Part shown: one piece after another, positions 24,098-37,500 of the stretch | How the letters are laid out: every line of letters begins with the position of its first letter | How positions within the stretch are numbered: position 1 is the stretch's first letter | From: Takakia lepidozioides | Lineage: Eukaryota > Plantae > Bryophyta | Reading direction: 5' to 3' | Length of the DNA: 64,000 nt | Assembly: GCA_030704615.1 (NCBI GenBank) | Contig: CM060732.1 | Coordinates: 14,818,001 to 14,882,000, forward strand | The notes under the pieces: model-generated | The model's database searches: none | What the model was told of the DNA's origin: nothing | What the model saw: only the letters and a program-made list of their open reading frames with translations | Translations under genes and position numbers: made by a program

Positions 24098-27000
24098 TTG
24101 AATTCATAGTAGAGAAAATACAGATTACACCAAAGGGGGGAGCACGAGAAGCCCATGTGGATACCAGTAATTTGCTTCCATACTCTATCCCCCAAGCTGA
24201 CAAAACAATGGTTCATCAACCATAGAGCAGTAAGTCGATCTTGTGTGAAACCAATCCACAAGTCAGATTTTGATTTAGGGGCACTATGTCCCCACCTTGT
24301 CTTTTCTGCTTTCATTGTACCATAATTGAAGTTGACCCACAAGTAGTGGTCAGCCCTCGTGTGGTTCCTATGGTATTGTCTAAAGGCCATTGAAATCACA
24401 TGGGATATAGCAATGCCTAAATTATCAGTCCCCTGTAAAGGGATAGCCTCGTAGCATTGAGCGATATTTGCCACAAATATATCATGAATATGGGTAGGCA
24501 GATTGAGGCTGAATTCAATAATGGAGTCTACAATCCAATACATTGAAGATTGAACTCCAAGGAAGACTGAAAATTTCTTTTCGAACCCACATATCCATTC
24601 CTTCACAAGGGGCAAGAGAGCCATAGTGGCAACTAAAAGAAGTTGTGCCACAGTTGAGAAAATACAGTTGTGGGCATTCGTAAGCCATCTATACTTTTTT
24701 CTTATGCTCTTTCTAGATTGCCATGAGATAGGGTAGAGACATAGCCGCAATAGGGAGTTTGGGGATAATACCTTCAAGCTCACTATTGATGTTAGCACAA
24801 ATGTCTCTAGTGATTATCCAAGAACCCTCAACCATACATGGTTTGAAGTCCTTACATTGTAGCCGGTGGAAGGCTTGTACCCCAATGTGCTTAATACACT
24901 AGAAACAAACGTTGTTGTTTGCTTTGTCCACCCCGGAAATATAAAGATGACTTAGGATCCAATTTAGTTCATCTACCACATTTGGGCAGTTTAGCACTAT
25001 TGGTCCAGAGACTTTGAGGCCACGGGCATTTTTCCCTGCGGCTTTTTTAAGTATCTCCCAACAATAGTCGGTGAGCCACATATGTGCAGCTCCCAACCAT
25101 TCACATGAACTCAGGTTTAGCAAAGTACAGACCTGGTCCCAAGCAAGTTGGACTGAAGTGACAACCTCATGCAAGTACGAAGGACGCATGGGAATGTGAT
25201 TCAGCCCACAAGCAAACAAATGTCTCAGTTGTGTATGTCTTATGATATTGACATCCATAGACCTTACATGTGCGAATGCTTCTGAATTCACAGCATGGAA
25301 TTCATCCCTAGTCAAAGGATCAACAAAAGCTTGCAATCGCTTAGACTTGAAACAACCACATGTATTCAAAGGGTCGAAAAGCTCAACAAAAGTGAACTCC
25401 CTGAATACATCACTTGGTTTATAGATTGATCTACCAAAATGGTTATGATATTTCCAACCAAAGAGAATATCATTGACCAGTAGAGCCAATTCATGTTGCT
25501 CAAAAAAACCAAAAGTGGCTGAGATTACCTCTTTAACACAAATCCATTCCATTGTACGATTAGGATATAACACATGAACATATCCAATCTTCTTCTCTTT
25601 TACTGGAGGTAAAAGGTAGAGACGTCCTAGTATATCAGATGTAAGTCTCATGTCACACATCTCTGGAAACAGGAAGACATTCCGAAAAAGACTATTAAGT
25701 TGACATCGTATCTCCAGATCAGTACTTCAAAGAATCACCACCGTAAGACACGTGCTTTGAGTGGAGACCTACTAACAGACCCCTGACTACTAGAAGGTAT
25801 ACGATCAGAACCAATGTCAATTGTAGTCTCAGAGGAAGATGGAGACCATCCATCTTGCACCCTAGGAATAGTAGGTGCTACAGTAGAGTTACGACCAGCG
25901 CCAACATGTCCACGGCCACGTGAGTAAGTGCGGCCAGAATGACGTCCTCCTGCTCTGGCCCTCCCACCAAACTGACCTCCTCTCGGGATGAGCGGAGGAG
26001 TGTTGCTGAAGGAGGTTCGTTGTTTCTTGTAGTAAGGAACTGAGCCAGGAATTGGCGAATTGAGGGAAAAACTCGGTGGTTTGATCAGCCTCTCAATCGT
26101 TCGTACCCCCGACTTCTCTCCATGCTTGGCCAAGAGCTTGCTAGATGGCGCAGACACAAACTCAGTCGCAGCCTCTTTCATCAAATCTCTAGTACACATA
26201 AAGGTGATGTGTGCCAAGACCGTTGTCTTTGCAGAACCAGCCAACCAAATACAAAAAGCAGTAAATTTGGTTTTGAGAGACGGAAATTCAAAAGGATAGA
26301 ACTCCACCAGATTGTTGACCATGTACCAAACAACTTGGTCAAACCACAGTAGACTACCCGTGCACCCACCTTCTTTTGAGTTCGCCGAACTGCAAGGGCA
26401 TCTCAAAAAGGGCCTATGCCGATTCCACCATGCTGTTCGGTGGTTATCATCACGACGAGCACCAGTATTCATGTTGCCCTTAGTGCGGACATGAATGCGT
26501 GTGCTCATCGCACATCTTGGGATCGTAAGCAGAAATTGGAAAGGCACTGGGGATTTCCACAATAGCCTTTAGAAACTGAAATCCATCAGCTGCTTTGGCC
26601 TTACAATCATCCACTTCAGCCTGTGAGATGTTGGCCCATGTCATCCACAGTGCCAAGAGCTGCAGGTTAAAAAGTGTCCACATACGGTGACATTTCTCAG
26701 TAACCATCAATTCTACCGCCCTTGGAGAAGTGAGGGGAGCCACTGGTTCCTTTCCCCCACTACTAATCAGATTGTTCCTTGACAGCTCAATTTGTGAGCT
26801 CTGAATCCCTTCCACATACTCTTCCAATGTGGCTCGATCCACATCTGGGATCGCCATCTTGGCCAAGAGAGGGTGCACTCGTGGTTTATCATTGAAGTCA
26901 AAAGCAGAGTTAGCACTGATGTTGGCTGTGACAGGAGTATCCGTATTGCTGGAATTAGCACGTTCGATGGCACAGTCAATGTCCTTCATCAACTTTTCAA

Positions 27001-27334
27001 TTTCACATTGGTCATCATAGTCTTGTTGGAGCAAGTCCCCTAGCTTAGAGTGTACATCACATAGAGTTTTCAGAGCATGGGGCCGGTCTGAGAAACATAT
27101 CATCATGAGTCGCGTCCATTCTCCCAAACCAAGAGTCTCAAGGAGTAAGGGTTCATGCACACCTTCCTCATTGATGTCATTCAACGATGCCTTGTCCTTC
27201 TCTTGAACAAAGGCATGGAATGGAGGAAAGTCGACAGCAGCCAAACTGGCCTGCACACCAAGGATAGGAGGTGGGAGAGGAGCCCCATAGCCAAGTGCCA
27301 ACAAATCATTGTGCCAAGCAAGGCTATTTTGCAT
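24098..27334 (-). pseudogene. PLE ORF, N-terminal part and RT fingers (fragments 26480-27334, 25735-26562, 24899-25660, 24098-24798)
   Basis: Naiad-like pre-RT motifs (WKYHNHFGRSIY, CGC, HVRSMDVNII..LRHL..GLNHIP). The upstream ~550 aa is unassigned. Confidence 0.72.
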
Positions 27335-27451
27335 CTACACATAAGTAAATATACCATGTTAGAAGCAAAAAGGAAAAAGACAGAATGGAGTAAGAAACTG
27401 TTTGATGGTGTATTCAACGACCAAGAAGAATACTGGATAAAGGAGAGAGAG

Positions 27452-29044
27452 TGTTACATAGCATGTCAAAGCTAGACAAGGAAACACTAAGCACATTGTG
27501 CTGTGTTTGCCTTCATTTAACGACATCAGACAGCCTAATTTAGGCACCATCAAACTGTCTCTACCCAGATCTGCCTCCATACCTCCCTTTACATTATACC
27601 CTTGCTGGAAAACCAGGTTTAAGGTCTACTAAGTGGCAATCACATGCACACTAGGTAGGGCCTTCTCATAAACAAATCTACCTCCTCACTTTCATATCAT
27701 AGGAAACAACAGTAGAAGTAGGAAGAGCACAACTGTCTCCTTACAAGTAACTCCTTTCATGTAGGTACCAGCTCATAGATCCATCAAATCAATAGAGCAA
27801 AAACAGCAGTAGTATGTGGACAATCAACATGTACAAACATATTTGAGGTTTGAGAGAGCTCAAAGCCTCACTCCCTTAGTCTCTTGCCCTTAGTAGCATT
27901 TCCTGCAACAAAAGAAGGTGAAGTGGCATCACCTGGATCCATCACAGCCAACCAACCAAGCAACAGGTTAGTGATCCCTGTGGAGCGCCAGGCTTAAACC
28001 TCTTCACATTTGTTATCAATGTCATCCCTGTAACAAGTCATACTAGCAAAGAGAGGAGAGGTAAGAGAGGTCCTTTCAGCCATTCAACATAGGTACAAAA
28101 CTCAGTAACACCTATTTCAGCCCATGCTCCAGAGGGAGGGGGGGTGGTCTCATGTCTGTAAGCACCCATTCCCAAAAGGAAGGTGTCACTAGAGCCAAGT
28201 ATCCAGCAAGGGGACACATAGAGGCCTTTGGTTTGCAAAAGTATTCAAAGAATCATAGTAGAGCTAATCATGTCCATGTAAGTAAACATGACAACAAGCA
28301 TCTATCCCCAAAAGGAAGACCAAGTACTCAAGCAAGGGCATATATAGAAGCCCTTGGTTTTGGAAAAGTATTCATAGATTCAGAGTAGAGCTTAGTCAAG
28401 TCCATGTAAGTTCCTCATAGTGTCAACTCTCTTTATGTTGCCATCCTAAGCAGCCCATCACAGTGTTGGAGGAGTCTGAATGGATACCTTGCTTGTAGAC
28501 ATAGTGTAGTCAGCTCCTTTAGCTCTTGCCTGCTCCTCTTCCAAATGAGAAGAATGGCCAAGCATACTAACCATATAGGGCAGCAGCTTTAGGTTGAGAC
28601 CTCTAGGATGAACCCTAATGAGTCACCCTCATGAGTCATCCTAGTGAGTCATCCCGTTCTACAATCCCCCGTTCCGTTCTAGACAAAAAATCTGAACGGA
28701 ATAACGGGATCAGACAATTCTTGAATGCTGTCTAAAAAGATCTTAGCAACATTGAGGAGAGAAAGAGACAAAAAAAAATTCCTCGAGCCTCTCATTTTCA
28801 AGTTTCCTAATGCTGGTACAAGGCATTGGCTACAGTAGAGCAGCCAAGAGAGTAATGTACATTGACCGGATCATGTAGAAGGTGTACACATATACTCTAT
28901 TATGCTGTTGCTACAGGGCCTAGCACAAGATATCATGTATTAGTTTGCCATCCAATGTCCCTATATGTTCAAGGCTGGAGAAAGAGTCAAAGGGATCAGG
29001 CAGTTCTTGAGTGTTGTTACAAAGAACATACCCACATTCAAGTA
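27452..29044. repeat. 1.6-kb direct repeat, copy 2 (5' pseudo-LTR)
   Basis: Near-identical to 9841-11421. Confidence 0.9.
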
Positions 29045-29070
29045 GAGAGAGAGAAAGAGAGAGAGAAAGA

Positions 29071-30969
29071 GTACTCATAAGACGTTGTTTGCCGTAGCCT
29101 TGTGGCCATTGACCCCGCGCCCAGTTTGAGCGGAAACAAAAGGGACAGAACCTACCTCTGACAGGGGCTGACGTTGGTAGTAAGACTTACCTTCATATAT
29201 AGAATTAATCCGGGTTTTCCAGATATCCTCTAGAAATCCCTTCACACAAGCATCAATCTGCTGTGTGTGATTTGCCCAAAAACTAGGCCCTAGGAGGGCC
29301 TGGGCTTTTGGCTCAGCCTCGAGACTTTCAAAGTTGGTAAACAGAAGTACAGACACAATTCCCTTGATAGATTTGAAGAGAGCGTCTCTTTGGTGAGAGA
29401 ACCCCGGACAGCGTATCAGAAAATGAATACTGTCTTCAGGTTGCCCTCACAACGGGCACTTGCACTCTCCCTTTCCTGTCTGCTTCTGTTTGCTGTTCAA
29501 AGATAGGCTTCCTGCCCCGAGTTTAAATTTCAGTCTAGTGCCGAGAGTGGGTAGACCCTTGAGGTCATCCAAGATGCCCTCCCCCATGTCACAGACTGGA
29601 AACAAGTTCAGGGAAGTTTTCTGCCTAACTTCATTTTCATCAGACAATCTCATGGCAATAGACATGGCTTTGGACACTACAGCCTCTAAGTCAGATTTAT
29701 CTAGCAGGGTAAAGACTTGCGGTTCCAGGTCCTTGAGAATCTCTTCTACTCTCTTCTTCCAAGACTTAGCCTGTTTGACAGGGCGGTCCTGTTTCCAAGA
29801 TATAGAGTCGATTAACTTAGGATATCTGGTGTTGGACATGTGTTGCACCTGACCCCACCATCTGACCTTGAATTCATCTCGTCGAGAGCTTAAGGACGGA
29901 ATGCCAAACTCACCCCGAACAGCCACATTGGCTGTTTTGGAGCATGCTGACATACACTCCTTAAGCACCCCCACTTGAATGGATTCTAGAGACTTAGCCT
30001 GGTTGGAGTTATCAACCCATATAGCAGATCCGTACTCCAAGGCAGGTCTAATAACGCGACAAAGCATGGTTTTCTTAACCTCAGAGTTGACCCCTCTGTA
30101 GTGGAAAATTTTAGTGAACCCTAGAGCTTTGCCCTTGCCAGTTTGAACAACTTTCCCGGATATGTGCATCCCAATTACAATTGGAGGAAAACTCAACGCC
30201 CAGGCAAGTGAGAGAGAGAGATTGTACTCATAAGACGTTGTTTGCCGTAGCCTTGTGGCCATTGACCCCGCGCCCAGTTTGAGCGGGAACAAAAGGGACA
30301 GAACCTACCTCTGTCAGGGGCTGACGTTGGTAGTAAGACTTACCTCCATTTATAGAACTAATCCGGGTTTTCCAGATATCCTCTAGAAATCCCTTCACAC
30401 AAGCATCAATCTGCTGTGTGTGATTTGCCAAAAAACTAGGCCTCAGGAGGGCCTGGGCTTTTGGCTCAGCCTCGAGACTTTCAAAGTTGGTAAACAGGGG
30501 TACAGGCACAATACCCTTAATAGATTTGAAGAGATCGTCTCTTTGGTGAGAGAACCCCGGATAGTGTATCAGAAAATGAATACTGTCTTCAGATTTCCCA
30601 CACAACGGGCAATTGCACTCTCCCTTTCCTCTCTGCTTCTGTTTGCTGTTCAAAGGTAGGCTTCCTGCCCCGAGTTTAAATTTCAGTCTAGTACCGAGAG
30701 TGGGTAGACCCTTGAGGTCATCCAAGATGTCCTCCCCCCATGTCACAGACTGGAAACAAGTTCAGGGAAGTTTTCTGCCTAACTTCATTTTCACCAGACA
30801 ATCTCATGGCAACAGACATGGCTGAGTGAGAGAGAGAGATTGTACTCATAAGACGTCGTTTGCCGTAGCCTTGTGGCCATTGACCCCGCGCCCAGTTTGA
30901 GCGGGAAAAAAAGGGACAGAACCTACCTCTGTCAGGGGCTGACGTTGGTAGTAAGACTTACCTCCATAT
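29071..30969 (-). mobile_element. Three head-to-tail 5'-truncated RTE/RTEX-like LINE copies (29071-30210, 30221-30823, 30839-30969)
   Basis: Shared 3' end ...GTCTTATGAGTAC(AA)TCT; copies separated by (GA)n; ORF2 C-terminus CPLC..HFLIHC. Confidence 0.9.
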
Positions 30970-30979
30970 GAGAGAGAGA

Positions 30980-31012
<33 letters not shown>

Positions 31013-31516
31013 TCCACAAGAGGGACAAGTGATGTCTGCTGCAATTGAAGAAAGTCTTGCAATCATGATCTTCATCAGGAGAGAAGTGAGGCAAATACTA
31101 ACATAATTGAGGTGGGTTTTTACTTTCCGTCAATGAATAAATAAAAGCCCTTTCTTGGTCCTGCCAGGGACGGGGGAGACACATGAAAGTGATATCTGTA
31201 CAGCAAATGAGTTGAGAGAACTTCCGCTGCGTGGCCATCTAGCTGATAATGCCCTTGTTCCCCGGCCTTTACGTCATGAGCACTCACTGGCATCCTTGCA
31301 CAGCGTGCAGCAACACTTCTTCCTTATGCAATTGCTCACAATGCCTATGGATAATCGATGTGTTCCCCTTTGCAGGGTTTTCATGGCTAGAGTAGCTGTG
31401 GTCATCTCTCAAGAAGTTCATCGTGCAAAGCTCTCTTTAGGCAGGTTATAGATGAGCTCAATCAACTCCACAGAGGTTGCCTACGGACTACCTGAGAATT
31501 GCCTAGATGTGTTGAA

Positions 31517-34500
31517 CTACCCTGCTCCACCACCACGAGGCCTTTTAAATGAGTTGACACGAGTCATTCCCACATTCCCTATGCTGGCTAGTTGGCCATT
31601 CCTGCCTAGCACTTGTAGCGTTGGCTCTTGACGGTCCCCCTTCCCATCCCTCACTGGCGCATACTGCTGGGAGATCCCACCCCGATAGGGCAAGCCTCCA
31701 CTTCCTGCATGATGGCCATTGGATGCCATTGCTCCAGAAACTCTGCCCCTCCCACTGCAAGAAGTACTTGACAAATTGGGGAGGCCCCCTTGTAGCCATG
31801 CCTTTTGATCTAGCTGTTGTGTAACCCCCTTTTCATTAGAAGCACCATAGCCCTTAGCAGGCATGGGTTCTATGCCTAGTGACCCATCGTACGATAGCAG
31901 GCAGGCGATGGCAAAGACAGATGCTCCAAGAGTGGGGGGTAGATTTGACCGTGGGTGTTTCACCTGTTCACATAGAGTAATACAACCATGTCACCACAAG
32001 CCATCTGAGATGCATGTGTACTCTTTTGGTTGTTAGAGTTAACAAGAAGCTCTGAAAAGGGGTCACATTGGTTGAAAGCTGACCTTGAATGCCAAAGCTG
32101 AGGCCAGCCTTTCTCGTAAGCAATAAAGTTGGGCAGCTTCAACTGCAGTGGCCCTAAAGTGGAGCCAGCGATCTATTATCACTGCAATTGATTTGTCTGG
32201 GGCTGACATTAATTGCTGCTGCTGCCGGTCCGCCTTAGTGGAAGGCCGAGTTTTCACCTATCACAAGGAAAAACGATGGCTGTGAAGTGAGTCAAACTTG
32301 CTTTCCTCAAAGCGAAACGTCACTAATTGGACAGCATACGGGGAGAGATCATTGGGGTTACCTCTTCTTCATCTTGACTGTCATAATCTTCCTCCTCCTC
32401 CTCAGGCAGAGCCCCTGGTGGTGCTGGTGGCCTATCCTCTGGTTCAGACTCAAGGGGGGCCACCACCATTTCTGTGGACATAAGAAGCAATGGGTGTGGT
32501 TTCACCAGGGTGCTGTTGCGAATATACACCTGAAACAGAAAGAAACTCGTTAGCTTGGACATATATCTTGAGGCCACATGAGAAGATAAACCTCACAATG
32601 AGGCAACCCACCCCAGAATAAGTTGCTCACAACTCCCAGTACAGATTGACAGTTAGCCGCCCTCAACCAGATACACGTGAAGTGACTATCAAGTGCATAC
32701 TATCTATATCAGCCCCTGAACCAGATTTGTACAATCCTTCCCATCTGAATTGAATTACTCTAGTTACAAGGTACTAAATGAGAGATCTCTAACCGTGCAA
32801 ACCGCAAAGGATGCATCCATGAACTCTACATCTCAAGTCATCTTCCATGTGGAAAAAGGTTACAACCTCTCCCAATCCAAGGACAGGTCAAGTTTCTTCC
32901 ATGTTTTCAACAACAATTATTTCCGTAACGCTTCCCCTCCAAATAGGTAATCTCAGCCTCTACCAGGCCAATGCTTGTACGGCAGATACTAAGCCTGACA
33001 AAGCGGCTCTAAAGTGGACAGATTGAACACATTGTGGGTTATCAGAAGTCTTGAGGACGTCTCCCTATCATTGAAATGACCATGGAAAACCTGTGGAAAA
33101 GATTGTACTCATAAGACGTTGTTTGCCGTAGCCTTGTGGCCATTGACCCCGCGCCCAGTTTGAGCGGGAACAAAAGGAATGGAACCTACCTCTGTCAGGG
33201 GCTGACGTTGGTAGTAAGACTTACCTTCATATAAAGAATTAAACCGGGTTTTCCAGATATCCTCTAGAAATCCCTTCACACAAGCATCAATCTGCTGTGT
33301 GTGATTTGCCCAAAAACTAGGCCTCAGGAGGGCCTGGGCTTTTGGCTCAGCCTCGAGACTTTCAAAGTTGGTAAACAGGGATACAGGCACAATTCCCTTG
33401 ATAGAGTTGAAGAGAGCGTCTCTTTGGTGAGAGAACCCCGGACAGTGTATCAGAAAATGAATACTGTCTTCAGATTGCCCACACAACGGGCAATTGCACT
33501 CTCCCTTTCCTCTCTGCTTCTGTTTGCTGTTCAAAGGTAGGCTTCCTGCCCCGAGTTTAAATTTCAGTCTAGTGCCGAGAGTGGGTAGACCCTTGAGGTC
33601 ATCCAAGATGCCCTCCCCCATGTCACTGACTGGAAACAAGTTCAGGGAAGTTTTCTGCCTAACTTCATTTTCATCAGACAATCTCATGGCAACAGACATG
33701 GCTTTGGACACTACAGCCTCTAAGTCAGATTTATCCAGCAGGGTGAAGACTTGCGGATCCAGGTCCAGGTCCTTGAGAATCTCTTCTACTCTCTTCTGCC
33801 AGGACTTAGCCTGTTTGACAGGGCAGTCCCGTTTCCAAGATATAGAGTCGATTAACTTAGGATATCTGGTGTTGGGCATATGTTGCAGCTGACCCCACCA
33901 TCTGACCTTGAATTCATCTCGTCGGGAGCTTAAGGATGGAATGCCAAACTCACCCCGAACAGCCACATTGGCTGTTTTGGAGCATGCTGACATACACTCC
34001 TTAAGCACCCCCACTTGAATGGATTCTAGAGACTTAGCCTGGTTGGAGTTATCAACACATATAGCAGATCCGTACTCCAAGGCAGGTCTAATAACGCGAC
34101 AAAGCATGGTTTTCTTAACCTCAGAGTTGACCCCTCTGTAGTGGAAAAATTTAGTGAGCCCCAGAGCTTTGCCCTTGCCAGTTTGAACAACTTTCTGGAT
34201 ATGTGCATCCCAATTACAATTGGAGGAGAACTCAACGCCCAGGTAAGTGTAGGAAGGGAGGACCGGGATCTCTTGGCTACCCCACTGCCACTTAAGATCA
34301 CTTCCTCCCTCTCCTCTGTTGTTGAATGCTACCACTGCACATTTGCTGACATTAGCCTCTAGCCCCCAAAGATCAAAGTATCTCTTCGCGCAATCAATCA
34401 ACTCCTGGAGATTGGTTGGAGTTTCCCCTATGCCTGCGAAGTCATCCGCAAACATGAGGGCTGGTATGGTGGTATCACCCACCCTTAACCCAAATCCCTC

Positions 34501-37500
34501 ACTTTCCACATCCTCGAGGAGTTGATTGATGAAAACATTGAAGAGCAGACGGGAGAGATTGTACTCATAAGACGTTGTTTGCCGTAGCCTTGTGGCCATT
34601 GACCCCGCGCCCAGTTTGAGCGGGAACAAAAGGGACAGAACCTACCTCTGTCAGGGGCTGACGTTGGTAGTAAGACTTACCTCCATATAAAGAATTAATC
34701 CGGGTTTTCCAGATATCCTCTAGAAATCCCTTCACACAAGCATCAATCTGCTGTGTGTGATTTGCCCAAAAACTAGGCCTCAGGAGGGCCTGGGCTTTTG
34801 GCTCAGCCTCGAGACTTTCAAAGTTGGTAAACAGGGGTACAGGCACAATTCCCTTGATAGAGTTGAAGAGAGCGTCTCTTTGGTGAGAGAACCCCGGACA
34901 GTGTATCAGAAAATGAATACTGTCTTCAGATTGCCCACACAACGGGCAATTGCACTCTCCCTTTCCTCTCTGCTTCTGTTTGCTGTTCAAAGGTAGGCTT
35001 CCTGCCCCGAGTTTAAATTTCAGTCTAGTGCCGAGAGTGGGTAGACCCTTGAGGTCATCCAAGATGTCCTCCCCCATGTCACTGACTGGAAACAAGTTCA
35101 GGGAAGTTTTCTGCCTAACTTCATTTTCATCAGACAATCTCATGGCAACAGACATGGCTGAGGACACTACAGCCTCTAAGTCAGATTTATCCAGCAGGGT
35201 GAAGACTTGCGGATCCAGGTCCAGGTCCTTGAGAATCTCTTCTACTCTCTTCTGCCAGGACTTAGCCTGTTTGACAGGGCGGTCCTGTTTCCAAGATATA
35301 GAGTTGATTAACTTAGGATATCTGGTGTTGGGCATATGTTGCAGCTGACCCCACCATCTGACCTTGAATTCATCTCGTCGGGAGCTTAAGGACGGAATGC
35401 CAAACTCACCCCGAACAGCCACATTGGCTGTTTTGGAGCATGCTGACATACACTCCTTAAGCACCCCCACTTGAATGGATTCTAGAGACTTAGCCTGGTT
35501 GGAGTTATCAACCCATATAGCAGATCCGTACTCCAAGGCAGGTCTAATAACGCGACAAAGCATGGTTTTCTTAACCTCCGAGTTGACCCCTCTGCAGTGG
35601 AAAAATTTAGTGAGCCCCAGAGCTTTGCCCTTGCCAGTTTGAACAACTTTCCGGATATGTGCATCCCAATTACAATTGGAGGAGAACTCAACGCCCAGGT
35701 AAGTGTAGGAAGGGAGGACCGGGATCTCTTGGCTACCCCACTGCCACTTAAGAACACTTCCTCCCTCTCCTCTGTCGTTGAATGCTACCACTGCACATTT
35801 GCTGACATTAGCCTCTAGCCCCCAAAGATCAAAGTATCTCTTCGCGCAATCAATCAACTCCTGGAGATTGGTTGGAGTCTCCCCTATGCCTGCGGAAGGG
35901 CTGGTATGGTGGTATCACCCACCCTTATCCCAAATCCCTCACTTTCCACATCCTCGAGGAGTTGATTGATGAAAACATTGAAGAGCAGAGGGGAGAGAGT
36001 ACATCCTTGAGCTACACCTTGGTCTATGTCAAAGAAGTTGGACTTCTGTCCGTTAACAGTGACACAGCTTTTGGTGTGAGCATACAAGTTGTGGACAACT
36101 CTCCACATCTTTCCCTTGATCCCACAAGACCAGAGGCGGAACCATAGGCCATCTCTCCACACTGTGTCATAAGCCCTTTTTGACATCCGAAAAAAACATA
36201 AGTGGGTTTCCCTTCTTTTTTCCTTCCCTGAATAATCTGGCTTAGAGTGAAGATATGATCCACACAGCCCCTGTTTCGCCGAAAGCCAGCTTGGCCTTCG
36301 TGGAAACAACCTCTAGACTCCAGATCAACCTCGAGGCGAGTACTTATAACTCTGCAGAATGTCTTGCCAACAGCATTGAGGAGCGTGATGCCACGGTAGT
36401 TCCCCGGTTCTTCTCTGTCACCCTTCTTGTATAGATTGACAATGACCCCCTGTCGCCAGCGAAAGGGGATCATTTCAGTCTTCCAGATAAGGTTAAAGAG
36501 GAGAACTAGGGCCTCTATCATGGGATCGCCACCGTGCTTGATAAGCTCGTTGACAATACCATCAGGTCCACCAGCTTTATATCCATTTAAATGTTCAATT
36601 GCTTCCACAATCTCAGAAGAACTAATGGGAGCGTTATAAGCCATTGAAATATACTCCAGTTCATCAGGGCTGTTTTGAATCATAGGAACAGTTTTTCCAA
36701 CTGTGTCCCTCCATTCAGCAGAAGACCCCTCACTGTTAGACCTAGAAGTTCTGCCAAGGATACTGTAGTGATTTTCCAAGGTTTTGACAATGTCAACCGA
36801 TGAAGTCACCACTGCACCTTTAGTAGTCTTCAGCGCTTGTACTTGCTGACCGTTTTTAGGCTTGTACAAACATTGAAGGGCCAACCAGAATTTCTTGTCA
36901 TTACCACCATGGTGGTTTGAGTTTATTTCACTGTATAACTTATCCCAGTATAATTTCTTCTGAGACCTAACAAGCTGATTGATATCTTTACGGAGCTGGT
37001 AGTGGAAAAGAAACATGTGGAAAAGAGACTTCACCTGAGCTTCGCCTCGTGTTATTTCATCGAATGCTAGTAACAGCTGGTTCAAGTCTCGACTTCCTTG
37101 ACCAGAGGGCTGAGCCAGCCGGAAGTTCGAGGAGTGGGGATGGATTCGGACCTTTTCCCCCCGAGCAGTCTGCACCACCGCTTTTGCACCACCTGGGATT
37201 GGTGGCAACAGTAAGCCAACCATTGGGTACATTCCGGCAGCCAGCACTGCCCTAACAATGCCGGGGTCCCGGGCATTTAGACTACAGGGGTGCGACCCCC
37301 GTGGAATAAAACCTTTCTGAGCAAGCTCCGCCTGCAACTGCTTCCGCATTCCAGCCAGCATTGCCATTGTACCCCCTGATAGGAGACAAATGTATTTTCA
37401 TCACAAGTGCTTTGATTAAGGGTTAACTCATGCTCTTAATGATTAGTTTTTTGCACTGCTCTCTTGGGTCTTATAACAATGTAAAAACATGAATGCCAAT

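Larger units (their letters stand above)
9841..29044 (-). mobile_element. Penelope-like element (Naiad/Chlamys-like RT) with 1.6-kb pseudo-LTRs, interrupted by copy B
   Basis: RT motifs GLNHIP, DKANNNVCF, KYRWLTNAHNC and GIHMGFSCSPLWCNLYFLYYEFN|FINRL...RYIDD rejoin across B. Direct repeats 9841-11421 and 27452-29044 are flanked by (GA)n. Confidence 0.78.

Noticed and set aside
29447-34629. ORFs beginning [17 protein letters not shown]
   Set aside because: Artefacts of reading across LINE head-to-tail junctions.
36024-37367. 447-aa helicase-RT fusion as a real gene
   Set aside because: Read-through of a GT donor into an intronic LINE; normal downstream helicase exons exist.
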